The notes below the pieces were generated by a model that was given only the letters and a program-made list of their open reading frames with translations, searched no databases and had not been told where the DNA came from. A DNA stretch of 64,000 bases from a virus. Taxonomy: Duplodnaviria > Caudoviricetes. A program made the position numbers and the translations under genes. Shown in pieces: positions 8,082 through 19,900 of the stretch. The stretch's first letter is position 1, and each line of letters starts with the position of its first letter. The stretch covers positions 1-64,000 of the IMG/VR virus record IMGVR_UViG_2832220722_000003. One strand, 5' to 3'.

Positions 8082-10579
8082 CAGAATGCTCCTGCCATTG
8101 AGAGGTCTACACCTGCGGCGGCCAGCTGCGCGGTGGTTGGCGAGATGTGTAGGCCGCGCATGTCCACGACGAACGTCTGCGGAGCGAAGCCTCGCACCGC
8201 CTCTGGTATGGATGGATTGCACTGCAGACGCAAGTACGCTCCCCGGCCATCCGGGGAACGCACATAAGTCGCCTGAACAGCTTCAAGGAAACGCGACGGC
8301 TCGGGGAAACTGCCGCGCGTGGAACACTGCGCCACAAACATATTAGGTGAGGGGCGCCAGAAATAGCTGAAGATAGGAGCACCGTCCATCAGGGTCGTCA
8401 TGACGGGCGTGCCATCGGCGAACGTTCCGATGGTGTCAGAGATCGCAACCATGGGTACCGTCCACATGCCACTGGTGCCGATCGCATTGTGGTCCTCAAG
8501 ATAGTCAGCCGTGTGTACTGCGGGCACCCCGTATGGGTAGCCCAGCATGGGGTGCAGTTGGGCTGCCGCGACCCTGTAGCTGTAGTCATGCGCCCCCGCC
8601 ACGGCGGTGTAGAAATTCCTCGTCTCGCCGCCGCACCTGAGCACGACCCGCACACGAGGCAGATCGGGGAGCGGTTCGCCCGGCGACAGGTAGTACGTGA
8701 CATCGTCGTCACCAATACCCGTGCGCTCGTAGGCGGCGCTGCCTGAACCCGAGAATCCGAATTCGCTGTAGCACAACAGATCTAGCTCTGGATCGAAGAC
8801 CAGCAAAGCCCTCCGGGTGACGGACCACGCATATGTGGAGGAACTATTACCAGTGTTTGACTCCGGCGCGCCCGTCCACGTATCGATAAACCGGTGCCAG
8901 TAAAGATCGGCCGTCTCCGTTGTCTGCTCATCGATCAGTCGCAGTTCGCCAAACCGGCCTACCTGGACATTCTTTGTCCGCCTGTACTCCATCGCGTGGG
9001 TACCGCTGACTTCATAGGTGTGGATCGCCGCATCAAAGGTGGCTTCATCGACGAATTCAGGACGCTGGGGTGGCGTATCCCCGCCGCGCAACCCGACCCC
9101 CACGATGGACCCGCTCGCCTGCCCTCGAAACGAAGACTCATACGATTTTTCTGTCCTCGCAATCAGCGGTAGCAACTCGCTGCCACTGAAGAATGGCCCG
9201 AGTATCTCGTGGGTGACCTGGCTGCCCTCCGCGGCATGCGACACCTCTCCACCAAGGGTGAACGTGCACTCCTCGCGGTACGAACCGGGGGCGCCCGTAA
9301 GGGTGTAGCTCGCCAGGATGAAGACCGGGGCCGAGTAATCCACCCCGATCCCAAATCCGGTTGACCTCGAATAGGCTCCAGCCTCGCTTGCAGCATCCCA
9401 CCACATAAGCACAGGCGTACCTGGGGCGAAGGAATCTCCAGGAACCCGCTGCGTAACAACGGCCCCACCAGTGCGCGCGTCAAACACCTTCAAATCGGCC
9501 TCGACTCCGCGATACCTCAGTGTGCCGCTGATGACCCCCGGCAGGGTGCGCGCATCCACGCGAACGTAGGTCGTGCCTTTGTGCGATACATCGGCGGCAT
9601 AGGCTTCCATGAGCCCGCCGTCTTTGACGATCTTGTACTGGTCACCGGCAAACGGCGGAAGCCGATCAAACTGGCGCGTGAACAGAGTGGCGATGCGCCG
9701 GCCGTTGCTGGCCGAGGCAAGGAACTGGCGCCCGTTGCTCTCGGCCCAGGTAGACGCTGCGGGTGAGTAGATTTCGCCCACCAAAGCGAGGGAAATGGCG
9801 GGGTACGTCGGCGGCTCCTCGTACTGAGGCTTGATGCCAGACCCCTCCGCGCCCGTCTTGTCCAGATTCACCGGGGTGGACGATCGGTAGAGGTACAAAC
9901 CGTCCCACGACTGGACGGCCCCGGAGAGGAACATAGCGCGGTGGCTCTCGTCGAAGCCGACGAAGGACAGGGCGCTCAACCCTTCCGCATCGATGGGCAT
10001 GCTGACGTAGCCACCGAGCTGCTGCAGGCGCCCCCCTCCATTGAACTGCGGCATTCCGGGATAGAAATACTCCGCCGGTTCCGGCGCTCGTATGCCAGTG
10101 GTCAGGATCTTGGCCGTCGCCATGGACCCGCGCGGACCTGCACGACCTGCGACCGGCAACGCCGGCCAGCCGGTAAGGCGCGCCAGTGTCCACTGCGCCA
10201 GCCCCTCCCCTGGCGGCGAGAGCACGAAAAAGGCATTACCCGCCCCGGGCTCTCCGGCATCCGGATCGAGGAACCAGATGCCGGGGCGCACTTCATCGGA
10301 GAGCTTCTTGTCGTCAACGACGGGGTGCAGCTCCATGAAAGCCTGTGCACCAACGACGACGATGCGATAGGCGGACCCATCCGGCAGTCGCCCTATCTCC
10401 GTGGGGTTGGGTACGGGTGACGTGCGCGCCACCGCGCAGAAGCGGCTGAATACCATGCGTGCAGCCGCAAGCTGCTCAGCACTCGCCTGCCCGCCCATCA
10501 CCCGCAGCGCCGGCGGCGCCGCGCCCAGCAGGGCCGGTGCACCGCCGACGGTGAAGGTGTAGGGGTTCCACAGGCTCAT
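8081..10579 (-). CDS. Large tail-associated protein with a probably variable C-terminal region
   Basis: Start reassigned to MSLWNPYTF (overlaps the upstream stop); codon usage becomes atypical after about the first 90 codons. Confidence 0.7.
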   Translation of the reverse strand: MSLWNPYTFTVGGAPALLGAAPPALRVMGGQASAEQLAAARMVFSRFCAVARTSPVPNPTEIGRLPDGSAYRIVVVGAQAFMELHPVVDDKKLSDEVRPGIWFLDPDAGEPGAGNAFFVLSPPGEGLAQWTLARLTGWPALPVAGRAGPRGSMATAKILTTGIRAPEPAEYFYPGMPQFNGGGRLQQLGGYVSMPIDAEGLSALSFVGFDESHRAMFLSGAVQSWDGLYLYRSSTPVNLDKTGAEGSGIKPQYEEPPTYPAISLALVGEIYSPAASTWAESNGRQFLASASNGRRIATLFTRQFDRLPPFAGDQYKIVKDGGLMEAYAADVSHKGTTYVRVDARTLPGVISGTLRYRGVEADLKVFDARTGGAVVTQRVPGDSFAPGTPVLMWWDAASEAGAYSRSTGFGIGVDYSAPVFILASYTLTGAPGSYREECTFTLGGEVSHAAEGSQVTHEILGPFFSGSELLPLIARTEKSYESSFRGQASGSIVGVGLRGGDTPPQRPEFVDEATFDAAIHTYEVSGTHAMEYRRTKNVQVGRFGELRLIDEQTTETADLYWHRFIDTWTGAPESNTGNSSSTYAWSVTRRALLVFDPELDLLCYSEFGFSGSGSAAYERTGIGDDDVTYYLSPGEPLPDLPRVRVVLRCGGETRNFYTAVAGAHDYSYRVAAAQLHPMLGYPYGVPAVHTADYLEDHNAIGTSGMWTVPMVAISDTIGTFADGTPVMTTLMDGAPIFSYFWRPSPNMFVAQCSTRGSFPEPSRFLEAVQATYVRSPDGRGAYLRLQCNPSIPEAVRGFAPQTFVVDMRGLHISPTTAQLAAAGVDLSMAGAF

Positions 10580-11745
10580 TGGGGCACCGCCATGTATTGG
10601 GGGATGCCATCCACCCCCTCGCGGAAGGTCGCGCAGACCTCGGTGGCCGTGGTGCGGTAGCGACCGCCGGTGAGGCTGGTGGTCTGGCCGCCGCCGAAGC
10701 CCGCCACGATCTCGCCGCCCGCGATGCACAGCATGGCCGTGCCAGCACCCGATCCATCGCCCAGCTTGATGCGGTCGCCGGGCGCGGACACACCCGAGCC
10801 CGGCACCACTGGGCCGCGGCGGGTCGGCGTGTAGGCGAGCCCCTCGAAGGTCGCGCCACCTAGCCAGATCAGATCCTGCGTTGTGCCCACGTAGATCCCG
10901 TCGTCCACCGGCTGGATGGCTGTGATCGGCGCCGGCATCTGCCGGAAGTCGCGCCAGTCCGCCAGGTGTGGCGCATTCGGCCGGCTGGCCCACAGCACGT
11001 TGCCCTGGGCGACCAGCACGCGGCCACGCCAGAAAGCCGTGATCGTGCCCACGGGGAACGGCTGCGCACCCAGCGTGCGGCAGGGCAGCACCAACGCGGC
11101 GTTGCCACCGGCATACTCGAAGCTGCCACCCGTGGCCACGCCCGCAAAGTAGGCGCCCTCCCCGTCCTGGCCGCTCAGGTAGACGTTGACCGCATGGCCC
11201 TCCAGTTCGGGCAGGCCGTCCAGGCGCAGGCCGCCCTGGCTGATCGTGACCAGCCCGGAGCTGATGGCAGGGCCTTCCAGCCGGTCCGCCAGACACACAT
11301 GGGTCAGGTGGTAGCGGTATTGGCCGGGATGCAGCGCGCCGAAGGCGTCGTCCGTCGCGCCGAGCGACGCCGGCGCGGGCACGCTGCGCTCCATGCCTGC
11401 CACGCCGTCCGTCACGCCGTGGATCAGGCCATTGGTGTACGTGGTGCGCCCGTCGGGCAGGTCGCAGTACCAAACCCGTTCCGGCCCCAGCGCCGGGTGT
11501 ATGACGTGGCGCGCGCCGTCCGAGTGGATGGCGGTGAGCACGCTGCCGCAGGTCGCCAGCATGAAGCCCTGGGCCTGGTGCAGGTTCTTGTGGCATTGGT
11601 CGGACACCTCTGCATATCCACCACGGCGAGCGAGCTCACCCGTCAATCCGATGTCAACGTCCGTTGCCTGTAGCAGATCATTGCCGTCCAACCGGCGTTC
11701 GGGCAGCACGTTGTTGATGCCCGTGAAGCTCTCGAATGTCAGCAC
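10576..11745 (-). CDS. Putative tail or packaged-DNA stabilisation protein
   Basis: 389-aa ORF beginning FTGINNVLPE...VDIGLTGELARRGGY, beta-rich, in the tail operon. Confidence 0.6.
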   Translation of the reverse strand: MLTFESFTGINNVLPERRLDGNDLLQATDVDIGLTGELARRGGYAEVSDQCHKNLHQAQGFMLATCGSVLTAIHSDGARHVIHPALGPERVWYCDLPDGRTTYTNGLIHGVTDGVAGMERSVPAPASLGATDDAFGALHPGQYRYHLTHVCLADRLEGPAISSGLVTISQGGLRLDGLPELEGHAVNVYLSGQDGEGAYFAGVATGGSFEYAGGNAALVLPCRTLGAQPFPVGTITAFWRGRVLVAQGNVLWASRPNAPHLADWRDFRQMPAPITAIQPVDDGIYVGTTQDLIWLGGATFEGLAYTPTRRGPVVPGSGVSAPGDRIKLGDGSGAGTAMLCIAGGEIVAGFGGGQTTSLTGGRYRTTATEVCATFREGVDGIPQYMAVPQ

Positions 11746-12419
11746 GACGCCCCCCTATCCAGAGCCGGAGCGCCGAAGCGCGCAGGGCGCAGCGCGCGGG
11801 CGCGCAGCGCAACACCTCCGAGCGATGGCGTCCCGAAGTTCACGGGCCGAAGACTCGTAGCTGGGAATGGCATGCCCGCAATGGCCAGGCCCGGCACGCC
11901 AAACCGGACGTGCCGCAGGCTGGACGCGCCGAAGCGCTGCGACAGCGCCGGCACACCGAGGCGCGCGGCACGCAGTGGCGCGACACCGGTCGCAATGGCC
12001 AGGCCCGGCACGCCGAACCGGACGGGCCGCAGGCTGTCCGCAGGCTGCCCAGCGCGCAGGGCCGGATGACCGAAGACGGACGGCCGCAGACTTTGTGCAG
12101 GGCCCGCACTCATGAAGGACTGGAACTCCGGGACGCCGAAGCGAGCGGGCCGCAGACTGCCGGCCGGGAACACAGTCGCGCTCGGCGGCATGCCGCGCAC
12201 CACGCTGTGATCGCCGAAGCGGACGGGCCGCAAGCTACTGGCCGGCGCGATCAGGTCCGTTCCGTACTTCACGCTCGGCGCGCCGAACCGGACGGGCCGC
12301 AGGCTGGCAACCACCAACCGTAACGACGGTACTCCGAACTGGACGGGCCGCAGGCTGCGTGTCTGGCCGCCCCCCTCACCGTCGTTGATCGGTGCGCCAT
12401 TGATGAGTGGGTAACTCAT
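11739..12419 (-). CDS. Repeat protein with ten SLRPVRFG-type repeats
   Basis: Ten copies of (S/P/A)LR(P/A/H)xx(F/L)G read directly from the translation. Confidence 0.7.
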   Translation of the reverse strand: MSYPLINGAPINDGEGGGQTRSLRPVQFGVPSLRLVVASLRPVRFGAPSVKYGTDLIAPASSLRPVRFGDHSVVRGMPPSATVFPAGSLRPARFGVPEFQSFMSAGPAQSLRPSVFGHPALRAGQPADSLRPVRFGVPGLAIATGVAPLRAARLGVPALSQRFGASSLRHVRFGVPGLAIAGMPFPATSLRPVNFGTPSLGGVALRARALRPARFGAPALDRGASC

Positions 12420-12428
12420 GGCCCGGCC

Positions 12429-13505
12429 TTACACCCCTACGATCAGACCGCGCCAGTAAAACCGGCCACGGAATGTCCCCCCTGCGGGCGTTTCCAGCCG
12501 AAAGCGCAGCTTGTAGTGCATTGCCCCGCCAGTGGTAACGGGAATGCGGTGAACATGGTTCTCTCCTGCGATCTGCGACAAAGCAATGTTGTCAGCAAAC
12601 AGCCCAGGATCATCGTCCGCGCCGATGGACACGCTCGGCGCAGTGGTTGCGCCGTATTCGTAGCAGATGAAGCCAACCTCGGTCACCATGATGCGTGTGC
12701 CTCCGGGCAAAAACTCCACGAGTGCAAGGGGTGCAGGCACTGCGACCCACACCCCCACATCCTCGTCGTTCGAGTTCAGCGCCATAGGACACGACCCGTA
12801 GGTGTCGAAATTCGGGAGCGTGGTCGCGTCGGAGTGGCTTTCTCCGGGGAACAGTTCCAGGGCGTAGTGGTACCCGGTGGCCGTCGGCGGCTTCACCAGG
12901 CTCCCATCGGAGTAGTAATTGCCCGACGTCCATGTACCGGGGGTGCCATCACCCAGATGAACGAACGCCGTTGCGCCGACCGACTCGTGGGTCATGTTCA
13001 TGTCGATATAGCTGTTATCCAGGCTGTTCGTTCTCACCGCCGCGGCAACAGGCTGAAGAGCGTGGACCCCAGAAATCTGCACCGCCTTGTACGAAGCCTC
13101 GACACGACCATTCATGACGAACTGGCCGCTGTTCGTGGTGGTTCTGAACTGGCGCCCGTACTGAGCCTGCGGATCGTCCTCGATCCCGAGTCTTGGCGCG
13201 AAACTCTTCAGCATCTCGGCCGTCACGCGCGCGGATATCTTGGTGCCCGCCGCCCAGGGCTGTGCGGAGGTGCCTTCCATGCCCCGCTCCACAGTCAATC
13301 CCAGGCCAGCGCTCTCAATGACATGCACGATCTCGTAGAGCTGCGGATAGTCCGGGTGTGCGAGTGTCGCGCGCTGGAAATCGCCCTGGGAAATCGCCAC
13401 AAAATTAACCGCCCACGGTTCATTCGCAAGCGTGATCGTCGTGGAGGTATCGTCTATCCCAGAAGCAAGGGTTCCGACCGCGTTATCGGAGAAACGTTCG
13501 GCCAT
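12429..13505 (-). CDS. Tail fibre or spike-like protein
   Basis: N-terminal FSDNAVGTLASGI...EIVHV...LTVERGMEGTSAQPWAAGTKISARVTA anchor motif seen in phage tail proteins. Confidence 0.65.
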   Translation of the reverse strand: MAERFSDNAVGTLASGIDDTSTTITLANEPWAVNFVAISQGDFQRATLAHPDYPQLYEIVHVIESAGLGLTVERGMEGTSAQPWAAGTKISARVTAEMLKSFAPRLGIEDDPQAQYGRQFRTTTNSGQFVMNGRVEASYKAVQISGVHALQPVAAAVRTNSLDNSYIDMNMTHESVGATAFVHLGDGTPGTWTSGNYYSDGSLVKPPTATGYHYALELFPGESHSDATTLPNFDTYGSCPMALNSNDEDVGVWVAVPAPLALVEFLPGGTRIMVTEVGFICYEYGATTAPSVSIGADDDPGLFADNIALSQIAGENHVHRIPVTTGGAMHYKLRFRLETPAGGTFRGRFYWRGLIVGV

Positions 13506-13514
13506 GGCGCACCC

Positions 13515-13916
13515 TTACACCAGGGACAGGATCTTGAAGGAACCGTTCGACCACGGAACGGTCACGTCGCCACCGTTCGTGGAGAACGGGAAGCCCGTGA
13601 TCTCGTCCAGGTAGCACAGCAGCGGCGAGGTGGCTGCAGAACCCGTGCTGCGAAACAGCGCGAGCGCCTTGGCCGTGTTTCCAGGCGCAAGTGCACCGAA
13701 TGCGGGGTCGTCAGCATCGAGCACGCCACCGGTGATGGACTTGTTGGTCAGATCGACTGCTGTGCCCACTACCGTGCCCAGGTCCGACAGGAACTCATGG
13801 GAGTCGCTGTAGGTGTAGGAGCTGGGCACCAGCACCGCGCTGATGGTGTGGGTCAAGAAATTGACCTGGGCGCTGAGGATTTTTTCTGCGCCCTTGGGAT
13901 AGAACTTGTTGGCCAT
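13515..13916 (-). CDS. Hypothetical virion protein
   Basis: 133-aa ORF with SD GGAG; first gene after late-promoter motif copy 3. Confidence 0.7.
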   Translation of the reverse strand: MANKFYPKGAEKILSAQVNFLTHTISAVLVPSSYTYSDSHEFLSDLGTVVGTAVDLTNKSITGGVLDADDPAFGALAPGNTAKALALFRSTGSAATSPLLCYLDEITGFPFSTNGGDVTVPWSNGSFKILSLV

Positions 13917-13968
13917 GCGGGACTCCTGCGGGGGTATGCCCTGCAGTGTCCCGGTGGCTGTTGGTTCC

Positions 13969-13985
13969 GTCGAACCCTATGCCGG
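13969..13985 (-). promoter_or_regulatory. Late-promoter motif copy 3
   Basis: GTCGAACCCTATGCCGG; AACCCTAT at 13973-13980; -10-like GACACT downstream on the minus strand. Confidence 0.7.
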
Positions 13986-16900
13986 TTAGCGCACCTCGGC
14001 CGCCATCTCCCGCATCTGCTGGCGCAGCGCCTTGGGCGCGGTGTCGGCGATCCGCTGGGTGCGGTCCTTCCCCATCTCGCGCACCTTCTTCATGATGTCG
14101 GGAATTTTGACGGTGATCGGCAGGTCCGGGTTGTTGCGGTTCCAGGCGGCAAGCCGGTCGCGCACGCGCTGCAATGCATCCTCATCCTTGCGGAACAGCG
14201 CATCCGCCCACTGGGCTTTGATTTCGCTGCTCTGCTGGATGTAGAAGCTCTTGGTGCGCAGCTTGAAGCCCGTCGCTTCGCTGTCCTCGGCCACGCTCTT
14301 GGGCTGGAAGCCCACCATCTTGGCCAGCGCTTCATCGAGGGTCACATCCATGACCTTGTAGCCCTTCGTGTCCTTGTAGATGCCGCTGGCGGCCATGTCG
14401 GCACCCTTGAAAGCATTGCGCACGGCCGTTGGCGCCACTTCCAACGCCGCACGACCAAGTGCGCTGGCATCGCCCTTCAACACACCGCCGATTGCCTCGC
14501 GCGCGCCCGAGAATCCCCGGGCCACCAGGTCACCGGCTGGTCCGGCAATCTCCAGTAAGTCGCGCATGCGATCCTTCTTCTCCAGAGCCAGGCCGGTGCC
14601 AGGGATAAGGTTCTGCATTCCCAGGCGACCGCCGACATCAACCGGCATGCCGGGCAAGCCAGTAATGCCCTGCTCCATGAACTCGGACAGCTCCTTGCCC
14701 ACGATGCTGCTCAGAAACTCCTTGCGCGCCTGCTTGGTGCTGAAGTTGTAGCCCATGAGCTGGCCGGCACCGTCGATCAGATCCTCGGCGTCCTCCATGA
14801 ACGGCAGGCCGCCCGCGCCGGCCATCAGCAGCAGCATGGCCACCGACCAGCCCACGGCGCGCTTGCCCTCGGGGCCGCCCTGCGTCCACATGCGGTGCAT
14901 CAGCTCCAGGTACGACACGCTGTAGGTCTTGAAGGTGAACAGCGTGCCGCCTATGGCGCCGCGCGCCCACTTCGGCTTGTTGGCCTTGCTGTACAGGAAC
15001 TGGGTTTCCAGCACCGCCTTGCGCGCGAACTCGGCTGGGCTCTCCATGCCCCGCTCCTTCGCCGTGCGGTACGCGGCGATGAAGGTCGAGCGGCGGTTGA
15101 ACTGCTCGGCCAGGGCGAAGGGTTGGCCCCACGCCACCTTGACGCGCTCCCAGTTGTTGGCGGCGGTCGCGCGAGCATCGCCCAGGCGGGTGCCGTCGCC
15201 CGTGCGCAATGAGCCGGTTCCCCGGGCCTGCGCCATCAGCTGGTGGATTTCCTGCGGGCTCACGGTGCCGTCGTCCACGGCGTCCTGCAGGGCCTTGGCC
15301 AGGTCGGGCTCGTACTGGAAATTCTTGTCCGTCCACGACTTGCGCATGTCGTTCAGCGCGCGCGCCATCTGGCCGGCTGCCTGCTTCATGCCGCCGTACT
15401 GCGACAGCCAGGGCATCGTGATCTGGAAGGGCTGGGTCATGTTGACCATGGCCGAAGCCGCCGACCCGCCCAGGTACTGCGCGAACAGCATGCCGCGCAC
15501 GGCCTGCCCTTCCTCCTGCGGGTCTTGGATGTAGCTGCGCAGGCCCATGGCCACGTCGCGCAGCTCGCCCATTTCCTTCGGGATGCTCTCGACCGCCTTC
15601 TCCATCGTGCCCGCGTTCAGCCCCCCGGAGCCCAGGCGGGCATTGGAGTAGACGAAGCTGGCAAGCACGCGGCCCACATCCTCGCTGTAGCCGTCGATGC
15701 CCTTGCGGTGGATCAGGCGCTTGAGCGCGGAGTGGTTGTTCTTGGCCAGTTGCAGGTAGGCCTGGAAAGCCTTGTCCTTGGCCTCGCCGCCGCTGCCGCT
15801 CAGCCCCAGCATTTCCCCGAACTGCTCCAGGCTCTCGGGGGTGATGCCCTGGAACAGCTTGAATGCCTGCTGGCTCATGGTTCCCTGCGTGATCGCCGCG
15901 CCGGGGAACACAGACGCCATCTTGAGCTTCATCTGATTGGCCTCGCGCTGGCTCTCGAACATGCCGAAATACTGGCGCTCGCCGCCCTGGTCCACCACAT
16001 CCACGGTGTACCGGCCGAAGCGCGACAGCGGCGCGTAGCCGTGGTCCATCAGTTCGTTCGCCGTCTCGTGGCGCGTCACCACCTGATTGCTGATCTGCAG
16101 CAGGCGGTCGGCCTGTTCCTCATTCTCGCGCGCGTCGCCTTGCAGCGTCTCCACCACCAGGTCAAAGGCGTCCCGCAGGGTTGGCTGGCCCAGCACCGCC
16201 TCGCGCATCGGGGCGTAGGCCTCGCCCATCAGGCGCAGCATGTCGGTGCGGGCGGTCATGTCAATGCTGCGGTCGATGGCGGCACGCGCCTCCTGGTACA
16301 GGCTCACCTGGCCGTCGCTCAGGCCGAACAAGGTTTTCAGCTCTTTTGCACTCCAGACAATGCCGGGCTTGAGGATCGTGCTCTCAAATTTGTTGTTGAT
16401 GATGGCCTCGAAGCGGTCGAGCGGCTGGCCCTGCCACACCTTCAACATCTGCGGCTGAATCTTGCCGGTGCGCAGCAGAATCTGCGCCTTCTCGTCCGCG
16501 CTGGCGTTGCGGTACTTGTCGTTGAGCGCTTCCGTGGTCACAGGCTCGCCGTCCAGGTCGCGCGCCCACATCAGCGTGCCCTCGAACAGCGGCTTGGCCA
16601 CGGCCTTGTTGTCGGCGGCCGTGATCGGCTTCTTCTTGAGGTCGGCCAGCGTCTCCACGCGCGGCATCAGGCGCGGTGCCGCGTCGGCCGCGTCGTTGGC
16701 CAGCATGGACACGTCATCGATGAAGCGCTGCGCGGCGTCGAACACCGGCTTGAACTGCGGCACCCGCTCACCCAGGTGGCGCATGGTGCCCACGGTCTTG
16801 TCCCACAGCGACACCTTGCCCGGGTGGGTGAAGGTCTGCGTGATCTGGTCGATGGCGCTGGACTTCAACCGGTTGAAGTCGGCCGCGCCGAAGTGGGCGG

Positions 16901-19900
16901 CGTCTTCTGCGGGCGCTGCGCCCTGGCCGCGCGCGCCACGCCCGCGCAAGGCCTTGTCCTCGCCCATCACCGCCACGCCCAACTCCAGCGCCTTGGATAG
17001 CGCATCGGTCGAATCCTGCTGCAGCCCCAGGATGGAGCGCAGGATGCGCACGAAGCCATCCCATGCCGTCTTGAGCGTGCTGCCGCTGGGCGCCTCCATC
17101 TTCCGCAGCGCGCGCTGGAATGCGGGATTGGTGAACGCTTCGGCCACGAACTCACCCACGTTCTTCATGCCGTACTGCCCGGCCGCGCCGCTCTGGCGCT
17201 TGACGTGCTCATACAGGCGGCGCATCTGCAGCGAAGCCAGCCCCTTGCGGTCCAGCGCGCGCAGCGTGGCCGCGTGGATCATCTCGTGCATGAAGATGTG
17301 CTCGGCCTGCGCCTGGGCGCCGGGCGTCAGAGTCAGCGTGTCGTTCTTGCGGCTGTACTTGGCCAGGAAGGTGAAGCCGTCAGCCCCACCCATGCTCTCC
17401 TGCGACAGTGCCACGGCGGGCGCGGCCCCGGTCTTCGTCAGCAGGCGTGCCACCTTCCGGTTGAAGGGGCTGCGCGAGGTGCCCGCGATCATGCGCAGGA
17501 TGCTCGCCGCATCGCGGCCCTCGCCCACCATGTCCATGATGGCGCGGTCGGTCGGCGTGCCGGTGCTGGTCCGGCTGGCGGCCCGCGCCTGGCCGCCCTT
17601 GTAGAAAATCCCCTTGGCCTGCTCGCCTACCAGTTGACGCGGCTGCCGTAGAGCTTGCTCCAGTAGTCCGGGTCTTTGGCTGCTCTCTGTACGTGCCAGG
17701 GTATTGAGGAGAATGCCTCTTTTAAGCGTTCGCTCCCCAGCGCCTGCCGCTCGCACTCGGCCAAACTTAGATGCCCACCCTCGTAGCACCTCATCAGAAA
17801 GGGGTGCGCCTTGAGAGTTGCGGAAGGTTCCGGTGGTGAAGTCGTAGCGGGCGCGGCGAAATTCGGGGACATGGGCGGCAATCGAGGCCAGCGAGACATC
17901 GATCATGCGCTGGATGTTGCCTATGGTATCGCCACCACGCCACTGCAGCGCAGGAATCCCGAGTTTTTCGTCACCCTCGACCTGGCGGGCGTGCGGCTCC
18001 ATGTGGTCGGTGCTGCCGTGCTTGATGGCCGACGAGATCATGGCCTCCAGGCGGCGGCGCATCGCAACGTCCGACAGCCCCGTAGGGTCGCCGATGAACA
18101 CCTTGCCCTCGCTGGCCGCGTAGTCCATCAGCGCGGCGTAGATGGCATTGCCGCCGTCGCCCTCATCGAGGCGGCTCACGTCCAGCCACAGCTCGTTGCC
18201 CTTCTCGTAGACGTAGAAATCGCGGCCCTTGGCGGTGCGGAACATCAGCTTGGTGTCGGCGCCGCTCTCCTGGCGCTCGTCCTCAGCCGTCACGTCGCCC
18301 ACGAACTTCACCGATGGGTCGATCTGGCGCAGCGCCGCCTCGGCGGAGCCAGCCCGCACCACCGGGTTCTGGAAAAGCTCGTCCACCGCGGCCAGCTCGG
18401 CCATCACCTCGGCCGCGAAGGTATCGGCAGGCGCGGCCCGCACGCCGGCATGCGCCTCGTCCGGATTCTCGTCGGCTTCGGCCTGGGCCTCGGTGGTGGG
18501 CTCGGCCTGCTGCTTGCCTTCCAGCAGCGTCACCAGCTCGGCCAGGCGCGCGCGCTTGGTGGCCAGCTCCTGCGCCTTGGGGAAGCCCTCGCCCTTGCGC
18601 GCTTCCAGCGCCGGCAGGTCGCGCTCGGCCTGGGCCATCTGGCGCGCCAGGTACTCGGGGTCGGTGCTCCTGGCGTTGCGGTAGATGTCATTCACCAGGC
18701 TCTGCAGCAGGCCGCGCAGATTGGTCGCGGTCAGGTCGCCAGTCTGTACGTTGCCCGAGTGGCTGGCCACCGTGCGATCGCCGTCCATCAGGGTCAGGCT
18801 CGGCTCGTAGACGGTCGCGCCGTCCTTCATCGGCATGGGCACCAGATCGCCCACCAGCTGGTAGCCCAGCATCTCGCCCAGGGCGAAATTCTGCAGTTCG
18901 TCCTGGCCCTTCATGGCCTGGTTCATCCGCTCTGCCGCCTCGCGCGCCGCGGCGGTGCGCTGGGTGAATACTTTGCCGCCCACGGTCGCGGCGAACGGGT
19001 CCACGTCACCCAGGGCGGCCGTGATCTGGTCGGAAATACCGTCCTTGGTCGTCACGCGCCGGCCGTTGATGGTCACGGCGTAGCGGGCCTTGTCGTTGCC
19101 GCCCTGCTGGTCCTTCACAATGGCCTCGGCCGCCGCAAATGCGTCCTTCACCGTGCCGTAGGCCTTGCCCTCGATGGTCACGCTGCGCGCGTCCTGCTCG
19201 GCTTCCAGCGCGGCGATGGCATCCTTGGCCTGGGTGCGGCGCTGCTCGGCAGCCTCGATGCGGCCCGGGTTGTCCTTGATGGCCTGGCGGGCGAAGCGAA
19301 GTTCGTCCTCCACGCCCCACATCTTGCGGCGGTGCGCGCGCTCCTGCAGCTCCAGGGTCTGGATTTCGGACTCGACCTTGACGCGCTCCAGCAGCATAGG
19401 ATTGCCCGAAGCCAGCGCAGCCATTTCCGCCATGCCCACAGCTTCCTCGTCCTCGAACTCCATCGTGAAGGCGCCGGTGTACTTGCGGATGCCGTTGATG
19501 GTGCGCAGCTTGGTCGCGTTCAGGTCCCACATCTTGGCGTCCGTGGTGCGCTCGGTCGCGTAGGCCAGCAGTTCCACCTCGAAGTCATCGCCGTACTTCG
19601 CCAGCAGCTCGTTGCCCTGGCGGATCGCGCGGCCCTCGCGCTGCTCGATGTCGCTGGGCTTCCAGGTCACGTCCACGTGGTGCAGGCCCACCACGCGCTG
19701 CTGCACGTTGGTGCCGGCGCCCATGCGCGGCGTCGAGCCGATGAGCACGCGCACCTTGCCGCCGTTCACGGCGTCGAACAGCGCGGCCTTCTGCTCGTCG
19801 TTGTTCGCCTCCTGCACGAACCGGATTTCGTCGGCCGGGATGCCCGCGGCGATCAGGTTGTCCTTGATCTGCTGGTAGGCGCTCCACGGCGAGGTCTGCG

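Noticed and set aside
8081-11596. Listed 1171-aa ORF start at 11596
   Set aside because: The first ~340 codons overlap the 10576..11745 gene and are R/G/P-rich nonsense; the true start is 10579
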